Origin: a virus
Lineage: Duplodnaviria > Caudoviricetes
Virus record (IMG/VR): IMGVR_UViG_3300034088_000041
Coordinates: 1-45,845 of that record
Strand: one strand, 5' to 3'
Length of the DNA stretch: 45,845 bases
A model generated the notes under the pieces. That model worked only from the letters and a program-made list of their open reading frames with translations. It was not told the DNA's origin and did not search any database. Within the stretch, counting starts at the first letter, position 1, and every line of letters starts with the position of its first letter. This document shows, in pieces, positions 24,367 to 33,383 of this stretch. The position numbers and the translations under genes are program-made.

Positions 24367-26215
24367 GGCGCCTCCGAGCAGCGGCGCCCTTCGTGTCCTT
24401 CTTCGTCAGCTCGCCGGCGCCGGCGTTCTTGAGGATCCCGTCGGCCGCGCGCTCCAGGAGGTCCGCCTGGCAGAGCTTCTTCGCGTCGGAGAGGAGGGTC
24501 GTGAACGTGCCGAGGGTCTTCCACGAATCGCCGTGCGTCGTGGAGACCTTGGCCACCCACGTCTTCCCGCCCGGGGTCGGCGCCACGTGGTAGACGAGGC
24601 CGTCGACCGGCTCGGCGGTGTGCTCGTCGTCGGCCGAGACCCACTTCAGCTCGCCGCCCTTGCCCTTCGCCGGCGCCGCCGCGGTCTTCGCCTTCACCGC
24701 CTCCTTCGCCTCCGCCCGGATCGCCTTCTCGTCCACGCCGGCCCAGGCGTAGAGCGCCTTCTGCGCCTTCACGATCTCGCCGTAGGGGCAGCCGGTGAGG
24801 AGGGGATCGACGACGAGGCCGAGAACGAAGAGGCGCAGCTCCTTCCCCTTCATCGTCGCCACGTGGGCCGTGACGCTGACCTCCTCGTGGTCTTCGAGGC
24901 CGCGCTCCTCTCGGATGATCTCCTGAGCCGTGTCCTCCATGGCCACCGCTGCGAGGCGCCAGAAGTCGTCGCCGGGCTCCTTCGCCCCGATCGCGGCGAG
25001 GACCTTCGCGTGGCGGCGCCGCGACACCTCCTGCTCCAGCTTGCGCTCGGCCTTCCGCTTCGCGTGGTCCGCCTTGTTCAGGGACGACGTCGCCGCGCGG
25101 GCCGCCTTGAAGTCATGGCCGGCCGCCTTCAGGAGCTTCCCGATCTCCTTCTTCGGGACGAGCTCCCGCGTCTCGCCATCTCGGCCGCGCGCGAGGACGA
25201 CCGCCTCGGCGGCGCGCTTCCCGAGCAGCTTCGCGTACGTCCGGTACTTGGGGTCCTCCTGGCACGTCTGGTCGAGCGCGACGTACCCGCCGCCGACCGA
25301 GTAGTCCCCGAGAACCTCCGCCGACTCCTTCGCCGAGAGGACCTTCTTCCCGGCGGCCTCGGCCGCGGCCGCCCGCTTCGTCCACTCGGCGTCCCGCTTC
25401 GAGTCGTAGCAGGTGGGGTCCGTGCAGACGTCTGCGCTGCCGACGTCCTCGAAGAGCTGCGGCTGCGCGCCGGTCCGCTTCGGGCAGGAGGAGCAGGTGC
25501 CGGCGGCCGAGACCAGGTCCGGGTCGGTGACGGGGAACGGTGCGTCCTTCAGGACGCGCATGAAGCCCCGCTGGAGGATCTCGCTCGCTTCGCGCGCGGG
25601 CAGCGGCCCCTCCTCCTCGACGCGGCGCCACTTCGGGACGAGCGCCTCCAGGGCCTGCTTCTGGAGCTCCGGCGTGACCCGGGCCAGGTAGAGCGCCGTC
25701 GACGCGCTGAGCTTCCCCTCGTAGTAGGCCTCGCGGCTCTCCGTGGTCAGGTCGAGCAGCTTCAGCCTGGCGTAGACGTAGGCCTTCGACTTGCCGACCT
25801 TCGCCGCGATGTCGTCGACCGTGTACGGGCCCTTGGGCTGGAGGAGGGCGTCGATCCCCTCCGCTTCGTCCATCGGGTGCACGTCCTGGCGGGCGAGGTT
25901 CTCCAGGATCTGCGCCTCGATGACCTGGTGGTCCGTCATGTCGCGGACCATCGCCGGGATGGTCGTGAGACCGGCCATCTTCGAGCCCCGCAGCCGGCGG
26001 GCGCCGAAGACGAGTTCGTATAGGTTCGAGCCGATGCCCTTGCGCGGCCGGAGGAGCACCGGCTGGAGCACGCCCTGGGCGCGGATGGACTCGGCGAGAC
26101 CTTCCAGATCGCCCCAGTTTCGCTTGCGGTGGTTGAGCGGGCTCTCGGTGATCTTGTCGAGCGGGACGAGCTCGACGACGGCGTGGGCTTCCAACTTCGC
26201 GGCGGTGGCGGGCAT
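24359..26215 (-). CDS. ParB/Spo0J N-terminal domain protein with Cys-rich C-terminal region
   Basis: LAESIRAQGVLQP, GARR, ENLAR.D, HTH and CSSCPKRT...C...C motifs. Confidence 0.88.
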   Translation of the reverse strand: MPATAAKLEAHAVVELVPLDKITESPLNHRKRNWGDLEGLAESIRAQGVLQPVLLRPRKGIGSNLYELVFGARRLRGSKMAGLTTIPAMVRDMTDHQVIEAQILENLARQDVHPMDEAEGIDALLQPKGPYTVDDIAAKVGKSKAYVYARLKLLDLTTESREAYYEGKLSASTALYLARVTPELQKQALEALVPKWRRVEEEGPLPAREASEILQRGFMRVLKDAPFPVTDPDLVSAAGTCSSCPKRTGAQPQLFEDVGSADVCTDPTCYDSKRDAEWTKRAAAAEAAGKKVLSAKESAEVLGDYSVGGGYVALDQTCQEDPKYRTYAKLLGKRAAEAVVLARGRDGETRELVPKKEIGKLLKAAGHDFKAARAATSSLNKADHAKRKAERKLEQEVSRRRHAKVLAAIGAKEPGDDFWRLAAVAMEDTAQEIIREERGLEDHEEVSVTAHVATMKGKELRLFVLGLVVDPLLTGCPYGEIVKAQKALYAWAGVDEKAIRAEAKEAVKAKTAAAPAKGKGGELKWVSADDEHTAEPVDGLVYHVAPTPGGKTWVAKVSTTHGDSWKTLGTFTTLLSDAKKLCQADLLERAADGILKNAGAGELTKKDTKGAAARRRRG

Positions 26216-26874
26216 CAGGCCTCCTTGGCCTTCGTGAGACGGCGGGGATCGGGTCCTTCGGTGAGGGTGCGTTCAACGGACCACCCGGCACGGAGCCGCT
26301 GCTTCACGGTGTCGTGGCTCAGCCCGACGCGGCGCGCCCACTGCGCGACGGTGAGCGTCTCGCCCCGGAAGGTGACCAGGTGGTTGCTGCGCTTGTTGTT
26401 CGCCTGCTCGACGCGCGTGGCCCACCGGCAGTTGCCGGGCTCGTAGCCCTTCGCGTTTTCGATGCGGTCGATCGAGTGCTCGGGCGAGGGGCGCTCACCC
26501 ATGTCGGCGAGGAACGCCTCGAAGCCTGTCGCTGGGTCGTCCCAGCGGGCGCACACCCTGATGCCGCGACCGCCGTAGCGCTGGAACGTGGCGCTCTTGG
26601 CGTTCGAGCATCGGTCCCGCATCCGGGTCCACACCCGGTGTTCGGGGCTCTTGGTCAGTCCGTGCATGCGCAGGCGCGCGCCCGCGACCTCGCGATTCCG
26701 GCAGCCGCAAGAGGTAGAGCGCCCCGCGATGACGTTGTGCGCGTCCATGTTCGCCTCCTGGCCGCAGTCGCAGAGGCAGGCGAACCTCGCGCGCCCGGCA
26801 GCGTCGCGCCCGGAGATCCGGAGGACGACCAGACGGCCGAAGCGCTGACCGATGGCGGCCTCCGTCCTCGTCAC
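26215..26874 (-). CDS. HNH homing endonuclease (GRL/CxCDCG/SCGC type)
   Basis: GQRFGRL, CLCDCG, SCGC, YGGRGI and SIDRI...GY.P.NCRWAT...Q.NN motifs. Confidence 0.88.
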   Translation of the reverse strand: MTRTEAAIGQRFGRLVVLRISGRDAAGRARFACLCDCGQEANMDAHNVIAGRSTSCGCRNREVAGARLRMHGLTKSPEHRVWTRMRDRCSNAKSATFQRYGGRGIRVCARWDDPATGFEAFLADMGERPSPEHSIDRIENAKGYEPGNCRWATRVEQANNKRSNHLVTFRGETLTVAQWARRVGLSHDTVKQRLRAGWSVERTLTEGPDPRRLTKAKEA

Positions 26875-27203
26875 GGGAGGATCTCCTCGGGGTCGGTGTC
26901 AGGGGTGGTGGACTTCTCGGCCTCGTCGAGCATCGAGTCGGCAAACTTGTAGGCCGTGGGGCCGACCTCGCCCCGGAAGTCGGGGTCGGCCGCGAGCCCC
27001 GTCATCGCGTGGAGCGCGAGCAGGTGCCGCCTGCGCAGCGGGTGCTGCATGCACCAGTCGGTCGCATCGACGGCGGGCCACTCGCCGCATCCGTCGCCGT
27101 GGAAGGAGATCGGGGGCGCCGCGCGGCACTCGCCGTAGGCGTGGACGGTGCCGGACTCCGAGCCCCGAAACGCCGGGCAGGTCGCGCAGGTGGCGTCAGC
27201 CAT
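26871..27203 (-). CDS. Cys-rich hypothetical protein
   Basis: CATC...GECR..PP...WP.V...DWC..H motif; TAATG coupling to recT. Confidence 0.65.
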   Translation of the reverse strand: MADATCATCPAFRGSESGTVHAYGECRAAPPISFHGDGCGEWPAVDATDWCMQHPLRRRHLLALHAMTGLAADPDFRGEVGPTAYKFADSMLDEAEKSTTPDTDPEEILP

Positions 27204-28153
27204 TAGCGACCTCCTTCGCCGGCGGGCCAGCCCGGGATGTCGTCGCCGTTCATCGACTCGGGATCGCTCCCGGGCTCCAGCGCCGTGTCGGGTGCCGGCG
27301 CGGGCGCGAGCTTGGCCGCGATCTTGCCCTTCACTTGCTCCGTGCGCGTGGCGCCTGCGGGTGGCGGGGAGACCTCGACGTCCACGCGCCCGATGCTCTG
27401 CTCCGTCTCCTCGGCGAGCCGCTCCTGGAGGCGGAGGGCCGCCTCGTTCTTCCCCGCCGGCAGGAGGTTCCAGAGCCGGTGCAGGCAGGTCTTCTTCGCC
27501 ATCGCGGCGTACTCGTTCTCCTTTTGCGACGCCCACGGCCCGATGATCCGGCCCTCCTTGTTCCGGGGCGCGTAGTGGTCGCGGAACGCCTCCACCTCGG
27601 CCTTCGACATCGACAGGAAGTGGACCTCGCCGCCCTCCAGGCGCGCCGCGGCGTAGTACCCGATCACCGGGCCGCGGTCCCCGAAGAGCAGGGGCTTGTG
27701 CGAGAACTTCGTGAGGCTCTCGCCCTCGTCGCCGCGCTCGAAGCTGAAGGCGTCGTTCGCGCGGACCTCGTCGGCGACAACTCCGGTCACGAGCCCGGTG
27801 TCGCGGGCGAGCTGGAGCTCGGCCCGGTAGTCGATCTGGGCGATGCACTCCTTTGCCCGGATCTTCGAGTTCCAGCGGGGGACGAGCCACATCCGGCGCT
27901 GGGGCAGGGTGGCGTTGGGCTCGAGCCCGAGCTCCGAGCAGCGCATGAGGGCGGTGATCACGGAGAGCTGCGTGCACTCGGCGAGGTCGGGGGTGCGAGA
28001 GATCGCGGCCTGCGCGAGCTTCACGAGCCGGTCGGCGTCGAGGTTGGCAGCGGCGACGGCGGCGAGGGAGTCGCGCTTCGCGGCGATGACCTCGGCGAGC
28101 GTGGCGATGGCGCTCTTCTGGCTGTCGGCTTTCTGGATGGCGGCTTCGGACAT
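27203..28153 (-). CDS. recT: RecT-family single-strand annealing protein
   Basis: LAECT..S....LGLEP, WLVP, IDYR, GYYA and MAKKT motifs; adjacent to a YqaJ exonuclease. Confidence 0.9.
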   Translation of the reverse strand: MSEAAIQKADSQKSAIATLAEVIAAKRDSLAAVAAANLDADRLVKLAQAAISRTPDLAECTQLSVITALMRCSELGLEPNATLPQRRMWLVPRWNSKIRAKECIAQIDYRAELQLARDTGLVTGVVADEVRANDAFSFERGDEGESLTKFSHKPLLFGDRGPVIGYYAAARLEGGEVHFLSMSKAEVEAFRDHYAPRNKEGRIIGPWASQKENEYAAMAKKTCLHRLWNLLPAGKNEAALRLQERLAEETEQSIGRVDVEVSPPPAGATRTEQVKGKIAAKLAPAPAPDTALEPGSDPESMNGDDIPGWPAGEGGR

Positions 28154-28155
28154 GG

Positions 28156-29190
28156 TTACTCCCCCTTCAGGAGCCGCAGAACGCGCGCTCCGGGCTTGGT
28201 GGTGGTGAAGTCGCTGACGACCTCGGCCCACAGCGCGCGCAGCTTCTCGCGCGGGAGGCTGAAGCCGCCGCTCGGCGGGTTCTCTTCAAGGCGGAGCAGG
28301 AGACCCTCGACGGCGAGGTAGAGGTCGACCTTCTGGCTCGGCTTGTTCGCCTTCCAGGTCGCGATCCCCTCGACGCCCGAGGCCTCGCCGATGAGGGCGC
28401 GGAGGGCGTTCCCGATCTCTGCCTCGGCGTCCGTGGCCTGCGCGAGCGCCGCCTTGGCCGCGCGCAGCCGGACGGCGAGCTGCTCCGCCTCTGGTGACGG
28501 CGCGAGCAGGGGGCCGTGCTCCGAGGGGAAGCGGCGGCGCAGGTAGGCGCTCGACGCCTCCGACCCGTCCACAGGGACCGGGATCCCCTGGATGACGTGG
28601 TCGGCCCACCACTTCTCGACGAACTGGACGAGCTGCCCACCCATCTCGCGGTCCCGGACGATGCGCTTCTCGATGTACTTCTGCCCGCCGAGCACCGCTC
28701 CGAGCCACGCGAAGTCGAGGCCGGTTACCTCGAGCTGAACCTGGATCTGGACGATGATCGGCTCGGGGACGTCGTCCTCCGCCTCGCCGAACTCGTCGCG
28801 CCGGAAGAACGAGAGGTTCTTGAACTCGGCCTCGGCGATCCACTCGGAGCGGGCGCGCCGGCCCTCGGGCACGACGACGCGGTCGCAGGTCGCCATGAGG
28901 ACCTTCGACGCGGGGTGGCGCATCGTCGGCGGCGTGAAGATCGACCAGGCGTGGCCCTCGGCGCGGCGCCGCGCGATGAACTCGTCGGCGATGGGCCTCT
29001 CGAAGCGCTGCCCCCACAGGGCGGGCTCGCCGGCAGGAACCGGCTCGATGTCGTGCCGCTTCTCCGCGGCAAGCTCGGCGGCCGTCTTAAAGGGGTTGAG
29101 CCCGAGGGCGGTGGCGACCTCGGAGGCGCCCATGCCCTCCGCTCGCATCGCCTGCTGCTTCTCGCTGAGACCCAGCGCGGGGGACGCCAT
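28156..29190 (-). CDS. YqaJ/lambda-exonuclease family protein
   Basis: GASE....LGLNPF, G..FE, ATCD, EFK and Q.Q.Q motifs. Confidence 0.88.
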   Translation of the reverse strand: MASPALGLSEKQQAMRAEGMGASEVATALGLNPFKTAAELAAEKRHDIEPVPAGEPALWGQRFERPIADEFIARRRAEGHAWSIFTPPTMRHPASKVLMATCDRVVVPEGRRARSEWIAEAEFKNLSFFRRDEFGEAEDDVPEPIIVQIQVQLEVTGLDFAWLGAVLGGQKYIEKRIVRDREMGGQLVQFVEKWWADHVIQGIPVPVDGSEASSAYLRRRFPSEHGPLLAPSPEAEQLAVRLRAAKAALAQATDAEAEIGNALRALIGEASGVEGIATWKANKPSQKVDLYLAVEGLLLRLEENPPSGGFSLPREKLRALWAEVVSDFTTTKPGARVLRLLKGE

Positions 29191-29192
29191 GG

Positions 29193-29429
29193 CTACGCTG
29201 CTCCCTTCGCGGCCCGGAGGTCCGCGTTGATGGTCCGAAGCTCCTGGCGGTCGCGCATGGCGGTGCGGCCTGCGGCGAGGGCGACGAGGATCGAGAACGC
29301 CTGCTTCGCGTCGAGGCGGCAGCGGCCGTCGCGGACCGCCATCACGATCTCGTCGCACTCGCGGGACTTCGCGATGGCCTCGTCGGTGTCCTGCTGGCAG
29401 GCCGCGAGGTAGGAGGCGGCCGCGCTCAT
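29193..29429 (-). CDS. Hypothetical protein
   Basis: GAGG RBS; packed in the leftward operon. Confidence 0.6.
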   Translation of the reverse strand: MSAAASYLAACQQDTDEAIAKSRECDEIVMAVRDGRCRLDAKQAFSILVALAAGRTAMRDRQELRTINADLRAAKGAA

Positions 29430-29689
29430 CGGAGGCACCTCGCCTCGTCCCACGTGTCGGGGCCGCTGTAGTCGTTCCCGGTGTCGAGCCGGTCCAGCTC
29501 GGCGTGGATCTTGTTGGCCAGCCCGGGGAGAGCCGCGGTAGCCGCGTCGAGAAGGTCAGGGCGGAGCGTCTCCGTGCCCTCCTCGACGACCTCCAGGATC
29601 TCGACCTCGCCCTCGCCGCAAGCATCGAGGACGATCCGGCACTCCGCGCCGTCCGGCGCGTCCCACCCAAGGTCGATCGTGCGGGCCAT
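29426..29689 (-). CDS. Acidic hypothetical protein
   Basis: ATG at 29689 with GGAG RBS. Confidence 0.6.
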   Translation of the reverse strand: MARTIDLGWDAPDGAECRIVLDACGEGEVEILEVVEEGTETLRPDLLDAATAALPGLANKIHAELDRLDTGNDYSGPDTWDEARCLR

Positions 29690-29691
29690 GG

Positions 29692-29898
29692 CTACCGCTC
29701 CCCCGCCGCGGCCATCCGGGCGCGCATGCCGGCCACCTGCGTGGCGGCAGCCTGCGTGACGGCGAGCTCGACGATGATCTCTCGCGCCGCCGCCACGTCG
29801 CCCGCGTCGATGCGCTGGACCGCGAGGCGGAGGCACGCCGCCTGCTCCGCGTGGTCCTGCGCCGCTGCCGTGAGCTTCTCGCTGGTCGTCCGTGCCAT
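29692..29898 (-). CDS. First gene of the leftward early operon, hypothetical
   Basis: GGAGG RBS; about 45 nt downstream of PL. Confidence 0.62.
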   Translation of the reverse strand: MARTTSEKLTAAAQDHAEQAACLRLAVQRIDAGDVAAAREIIVELAVTQAAATQVAGMRARMAAAGER

Positions 29899-29944
29899 CT
29901 GCGCCTCCCTCGCCGCCGGAGTGGCGGCCGTGCTGACAGGGGCG

Positions 29945-29981
29945 ATGCTGCCAACAGGAAGCGCCGCTGTCAACAGGAAGC
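29945..29981 (-). promoter_or_regulatory. PL promoter overlapped by two tandem operators
   Basis: Minus-strand TTGACA (29968-29973)-N17-CAGCAT (29945-29950); operators GCTGCCAACAGGAAGC (29947-29962) and GCTGTCAACAGGAAGC (29966-29981). Confidence 0.8.
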
Positions 29982-30028
29982 GCCAAAGAAAGATCGAGGG
30001 CGCCGGTGCTCCGAAGCTTTTCGGGGGG

Positions 30029-30418
30029 TTACTCGGCTCCGACCGCGAGTTCCCAGAGGCGCCCGGAGGTCAGGTGGACCTCGCGGGCGACCGCCGCCAC
30101 CCCTGTCAGCGACGCGCCCGCCGGCAGCGCCAGCAGCCTGCGGGCCGCCGTGCAGGCGTCTGCACGGGCGTGGGCGAGATCCTCGAGGTCGCGGCGCCGC
30201 CGCCCCTCGACGGCCAGTTCGGCGCGCTGGGCGGCCCACCCCTCGCGTCTGGCGCGACGTTTCAGGGCGTCGTAGGAGACGCCGGCCTCGCGCGCGAGGG
30301 CGCGGAGGGAGAGGGTGGAGCCGATGTACTGCGTCCTGAGCTGCTTCCACGACCCCGCGGATTCAGTGGGCGCCACCTTCCGGTGACGGCCGCGGACCCC
30401 CATCGTGGAGGGGTGCAT
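30029..30418 (-). CDS. HTH protein resembling the terminase small-subunit N-terminal domain
   Basis: W.QLR.QY....SLRALAREAGVSYDALKRRARREGW motif. Confidence 0.6.
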   Translation of the reverse strand: MHPSTMGVRGRHRKVAPTESAGSWKQLRTQYIGSTLSLRALAREAGVSYDALKRRARREGWAAQRAELAVEGRRRRDLEDLAHARADACTAARRLLALPAGASLTGVAAVAREVHLTSGRLWELAVGAE

Positions 30419-30509
30419 GCGTTCAGTTACACCGGGGGTCCGACACCGACGAAAGTGGACGCCCTGCCTGTGAGGGGCTATTCGTTGCGCGTTTCGGGGA
30501 GGGGCGTCT

Positions 30510-31742
30510 TTGCAGCCTGCGATCTCGCTTCATGATCAGCGCGGTCTTGAGACTGCGTTCGACCGGCTCGTGGCACGCCCACGATGGCGCCCATGGCTCA
30601 AGGCTTTCGACAAGGGCGCGTCTAGCACCCTCCAGATCAGCGGCGTGAAGATCGGGCCTATCTTGTCGATCTTCCGCGACATGACGGAGGGCGGTCGTTA
30701 TCGCTCCGCGGCCTGGAACTGGCTGCGCCCGAACAAACCATGTCCGGCGCTGTGTGACCTTGGGATGGTGCAGGCGAACGCAGGCCTCGATCATTTTCCT
30801 CGGCAAGAGTTCGCTAAGCGGCTCGTCGACAACTGTCGCGCCGTGGCTCGAGATCAGACCCAGCTGGCGCGATGGGTCCGGTGTCGCGAAGCTGCTCTCG
30901 AGTTCGCAGCGACTCCGCCTGGCGATTTGCCGGCGGAGCTGGCTGACGGGCAGGTGTTCCTACGCCGGGAGCTCACGCGGGCCACGCTCTTGTCCCTGTC
31001 GGATCCGAAGGCGGCTGCGGCTGTCGCCCACAGCATCGCTCGCAACGCCATGAACGGCGCGGCGCGCGCCGTCAACCACGTGCTCGGGTCCGACGGCAGT
31101 AGCCTGTCTGCCAACCTGATGATCCCCGTCCATCGCGCGGTGACCGTCCCGATCGGACTGGCGCCCAATGCAGCGAATGCCTTGATGGCGGAGACGCTCT
31201 GGTCCGGCGTCGAAGCGGACGTCCGCCTGGTCATCGTTGCCGAGACGCAGGGCTCCAACCACGCCGGATTCTGGGTGCCGGTGGCCAAGGGGCAAGGCGG
31301 CGAGGTGCTTCCTGGCGCGACTCGGGCCTTTCTGCACCGGGAAGGCGACGTCGTCTTCAAGGACGATCTCCCGCCGCTCCGGGGGTTCAGCCTTGATGTG
31401 GAGCGGAAGTGGATGGGGTTCATGAACCAGGAGTTCAATCATCAGCTCTTCGTGGCGCTGCCGTTCCGCGCGCCTGATGGTGCTGGCGGGCATGCGGTGC
31501 CGGCGGTCTTGAACGTCAACGTAGAGACCTCGGACGTCGGGCGCTGGGGGCGGGCGCATCACCCGGAATGGTTAGCGACCGCCCGGTGTAGGGCGCAGCC
31601 CTTCATTGAAATTGCCTTGGGCGCACTACTCGTTAGACTCCACGTCACGAGGAACCCGTTGGCTCTTGCCACTGGGTCAGAGGCTTGGGATACACTCATC
31701 GGTGTCGTGCCGCGCGCGTCGCTAGGGGAGGGAACGTCATGA
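30510..31742 (+). CDS. Hypothetical 410-aa protein with possible C-terminal GAF-like domain
   Basis: GGGAGG RBS with TTG start; SANLM, LPGA.RAF, FVALP and VLNVN pattern; atypical codon usage. Confidence 0.7.
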   Translation: MQPAISLHDQRGLETAFDRLVARPRWRPWLKAFDKGASSTLQISGVKIGPILSIFRDMTEGGRYRSAAWNWLRPNKPCPALCDLGMVQANAGLDHFPRQEFAKRLVDNCRAVARDQTQLARWVRCREAALEFAATPPGDLPAELADGQVFLRRELTRATLLSLSDPKAAAAVAHSIARNAMNGAARAVNHVLGSDGSSLSANLMIPVHRAVTVPIGLAPNAANALMAETLWSGVEADVRLVIVAETQGSNHAGFWVPVAKGQGGEVLPGATRAFLHREGDVVFKDDLPPLRGFSLDVERKWMGFMNQEFNHQLFVALPFRAPDGAGGHAVPAVLNVNVETSDVGRWGRAHHPEWLATARCRAQPFIEIALGALLVRLHVTRNPLALATGSEAWDTLIGVVPRASLGEGTS

Positions 31743-31915
31743 GTCGAAAGCACGCTCACGCGCCCGTCCGCCTCACTGAGATCCAGGTCCACGAGCAGGT
31801 GCAGCAGGCCCAGAGGCAGCTCCGCGCCGTCGAACGCATGTTCGATCAACTCGAGCAGAGGACCGGAGTCACACTCATCCGCCGGGAAACGAAGGCGGCG
31901 AGCGGCGAAGAGTAG
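31739..31915 (+). CDS. Small helical protein coupled to the 410-aa gene
   Basis: ATGA overlap; GGAGG RBS; 58 aa. Confidence 0.62.
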   Translation: MSRKHAHAPVRLTEIQVHEQVQQAQRQLRAVERMFDQLEQRTGVTLIRRETKAASGEE

Positions 31916-31980
31916 CCGCCCGCGGCGCTGAATCATGGGCACGAGCGCCCCGCGAGCTCCGGCCGCGGGGCGTCGTCGTC

Positions 31981-32391
31981 TCAGGGATCGGAGCGCTTCC
32001 CGACCACCCCCGCGACCCAGGCGTCGAGCTCGCCCTGCAGGGCGGCGACCTCCTCGTCGGCGAGCTCGCCGGAGACGGACCGGTTGTATCGGGCCGAGAG
32101 GATCCCGACGGGTGTGACGATCACCTGGAGCGTCCCCGTGACGTCGCAGCGGTTCGTTCCGCACGGCATGACGCTGCTTATCAGCTCGGTCGTTGCGACT
32201 TCGGATCCGCCGTCGACGCCCGCGAGCTGCCCCACCTCGTGGAGGCTGACCAGCGCGCGGGACCACACCCGGTCACGATCCGCTGGCGGGAACTCTACGT
32301 GGCTGACCAGGTTGACCGGGACCGTCGTCGCGTGGAGGCAGCCGGCGAGCGCGAGCGCGGGGAGGATGGCGAGAGGGAGCGGACGGGGCAT
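31981..32391 (-). CDS. Putative lipoprotein
   Basis: Hydrophobic signal with LALAGC lipobox. Confidence 0.72.
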   Translation of the reverse strand: MPRPLPLAILPALALAGCLHATTVPVNLVSHVEFPPADRDRVWSRALVSLHEVGQLAGVDGGSEVATTELISSVMPCGTNRCDVTGTLQVIVTPVGILSARYNRSVSGELADEEVAALQGELDAWVAGVVGKRSDP

Positions 32392-32398
32392 GGGGGTC

Positions 32399-32989
32399 CT
32401 AGAAGTCGCGCTTCGGAGGCGTCGCCGCCGTGGCGCGGGCCATCATCTCCGCGTTGAAGAAGCGCCACGTGACGTACATCTTCCGGGTCCAGGAGTCGCC
32501 GGGCTCGCCTAAGCCAACGCGCGTCTCGACTCGGGCCGAAGGAAAGACCCACGCTGCGCGCGGCTGCCAACGCCCCTCGCGGACCTCGAAGTTGAGCATG
32601 GTGTCCTCGACGGCCTGATCCTTAGGGCGGAGGGCCGACGCTGGAGCGACATCGATCTCCGCCGGAGGCCCGTAGGCGCCGGCCATCTCGTCTACGATCG
32701 CGCGCCAGCGGCGGTGCGCCGGGATGGAGTCGGGCTCCGCGAGAAGCACGTCGACCAGAAAGAGCCTGCCCTCGAAGAAGGTCATCGCCACGGAGCACCC
32801 AGGGCGCCTTGCGAAGGAGCCCATGAAGTAGAGCTCGCTCTTCCCCTCGTGCTCAAGGTGAAGCCGGAGGCCGACGGTCGCCTTTACCTCGGCCGGCGAC
32901 ATCCCCCACTTCAGCCCGAGCGGGCCCTGGTAGTCGACCTTCGCCGCGGGCGTTGCGGCGAGCAGCAGGGCGGCGGTGAGAGCGATCAT
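32399..32989 (-). CDS. Putative secreted/periplasmic protein
   Basis: MIALTAALLLAATPAA signal; GLKWGMS..EV motif; AGGAGG RBS. Confidence 0.75.
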   Translation of the reverse strand: MIALTAALLLAATPAAKVDYQGPLGLKWGMSPAEVKATVGLRLHLEHEGKSELYFMGSFARRPGCSVAMTFFEGRLFLVDVLLAEPDSIPAHRRWRAIVDEMAGAYGPPAEIDVAPASALRPKDQAVEDTMLNFEVREGRWQPRAAWVFPSARVETRVGLGEPGDSWTRKMYVTWRFFNAEMMARATAATPPKRDF

Positions 32990-33005
32990 CTTCCCCTCCT
33001 GGTGG

Positions 33006-33308
33006 TCAGCGCCCCTTCCTCAGGGGTGGTGGGATGGGGTCGCCCTCGAAGAACTCGGCCCCTGGGTTCTCCTCCAGTAGCCGCGTCGCGGTGATCCCGA
33101 GCCCGCGCAGAAGTTGAAGCATCGTGCCGACCTTGATGACGGGCCCCGCTGGCGACATGATTTTCGACATCCGTCCCGACGTGAGCCCGCAGCGCTGGGC
33201 AAGGGCGTTCTGCGAGACGCCCTTGTCTTTGGCCGCGGCCCGTATGTGCGCGCGAACACGGCGCATTCCGTCGATGTCGTCCTGGCTGATCCGTTCCACG
33301 TCGCGCAT
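33006..33308 (-). CDS. CI-like Xre HTH repressor (no peptidase domain)
   Basis: VSQNALAQRCGLTSGRMSKI HTH; divergent from a Cro-like gene across the operators. Confidence 0.8.
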   Translation of the reverse strand: MRDVERISQDDIDGMRRVRAHIRAAAKDKGVSQNALAQRCGLTSGRMSKIMSPAGPVIKVGTMLQLLRGLGITATRLLEENPGAEFFEGDPIPPPLRKGR

Positions 33309-33340
33309 GTAAGCACGTCCCCGAAGGCCATGAGGAAGCA

Positions 33341-33377
33341 GCTACCTCTTGACAGCGCTGCCAAGAGGAAGCAGCAT
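33341..33377 (+). promoter_or_regulatory. PR promoter with an inverted operator pair
   Basis: TTGACA (33349-33354)-N17-CAGCAT (33372-33377), 6 nt before the cro ATG; operators at 33341-33356 (reverse) and 33357-33372 match GCTGYCAASAGGWAGC. Confidence 0.8.
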
Positions 33378-33383
33378 CCGGGC

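Noticed and set aside
24359-26215. ParABS plasmid-prophage partition system
   Set aside because: No ParA ATPase is present, the genome has an integrase, and ParB-N proteins are common in phage early operons.
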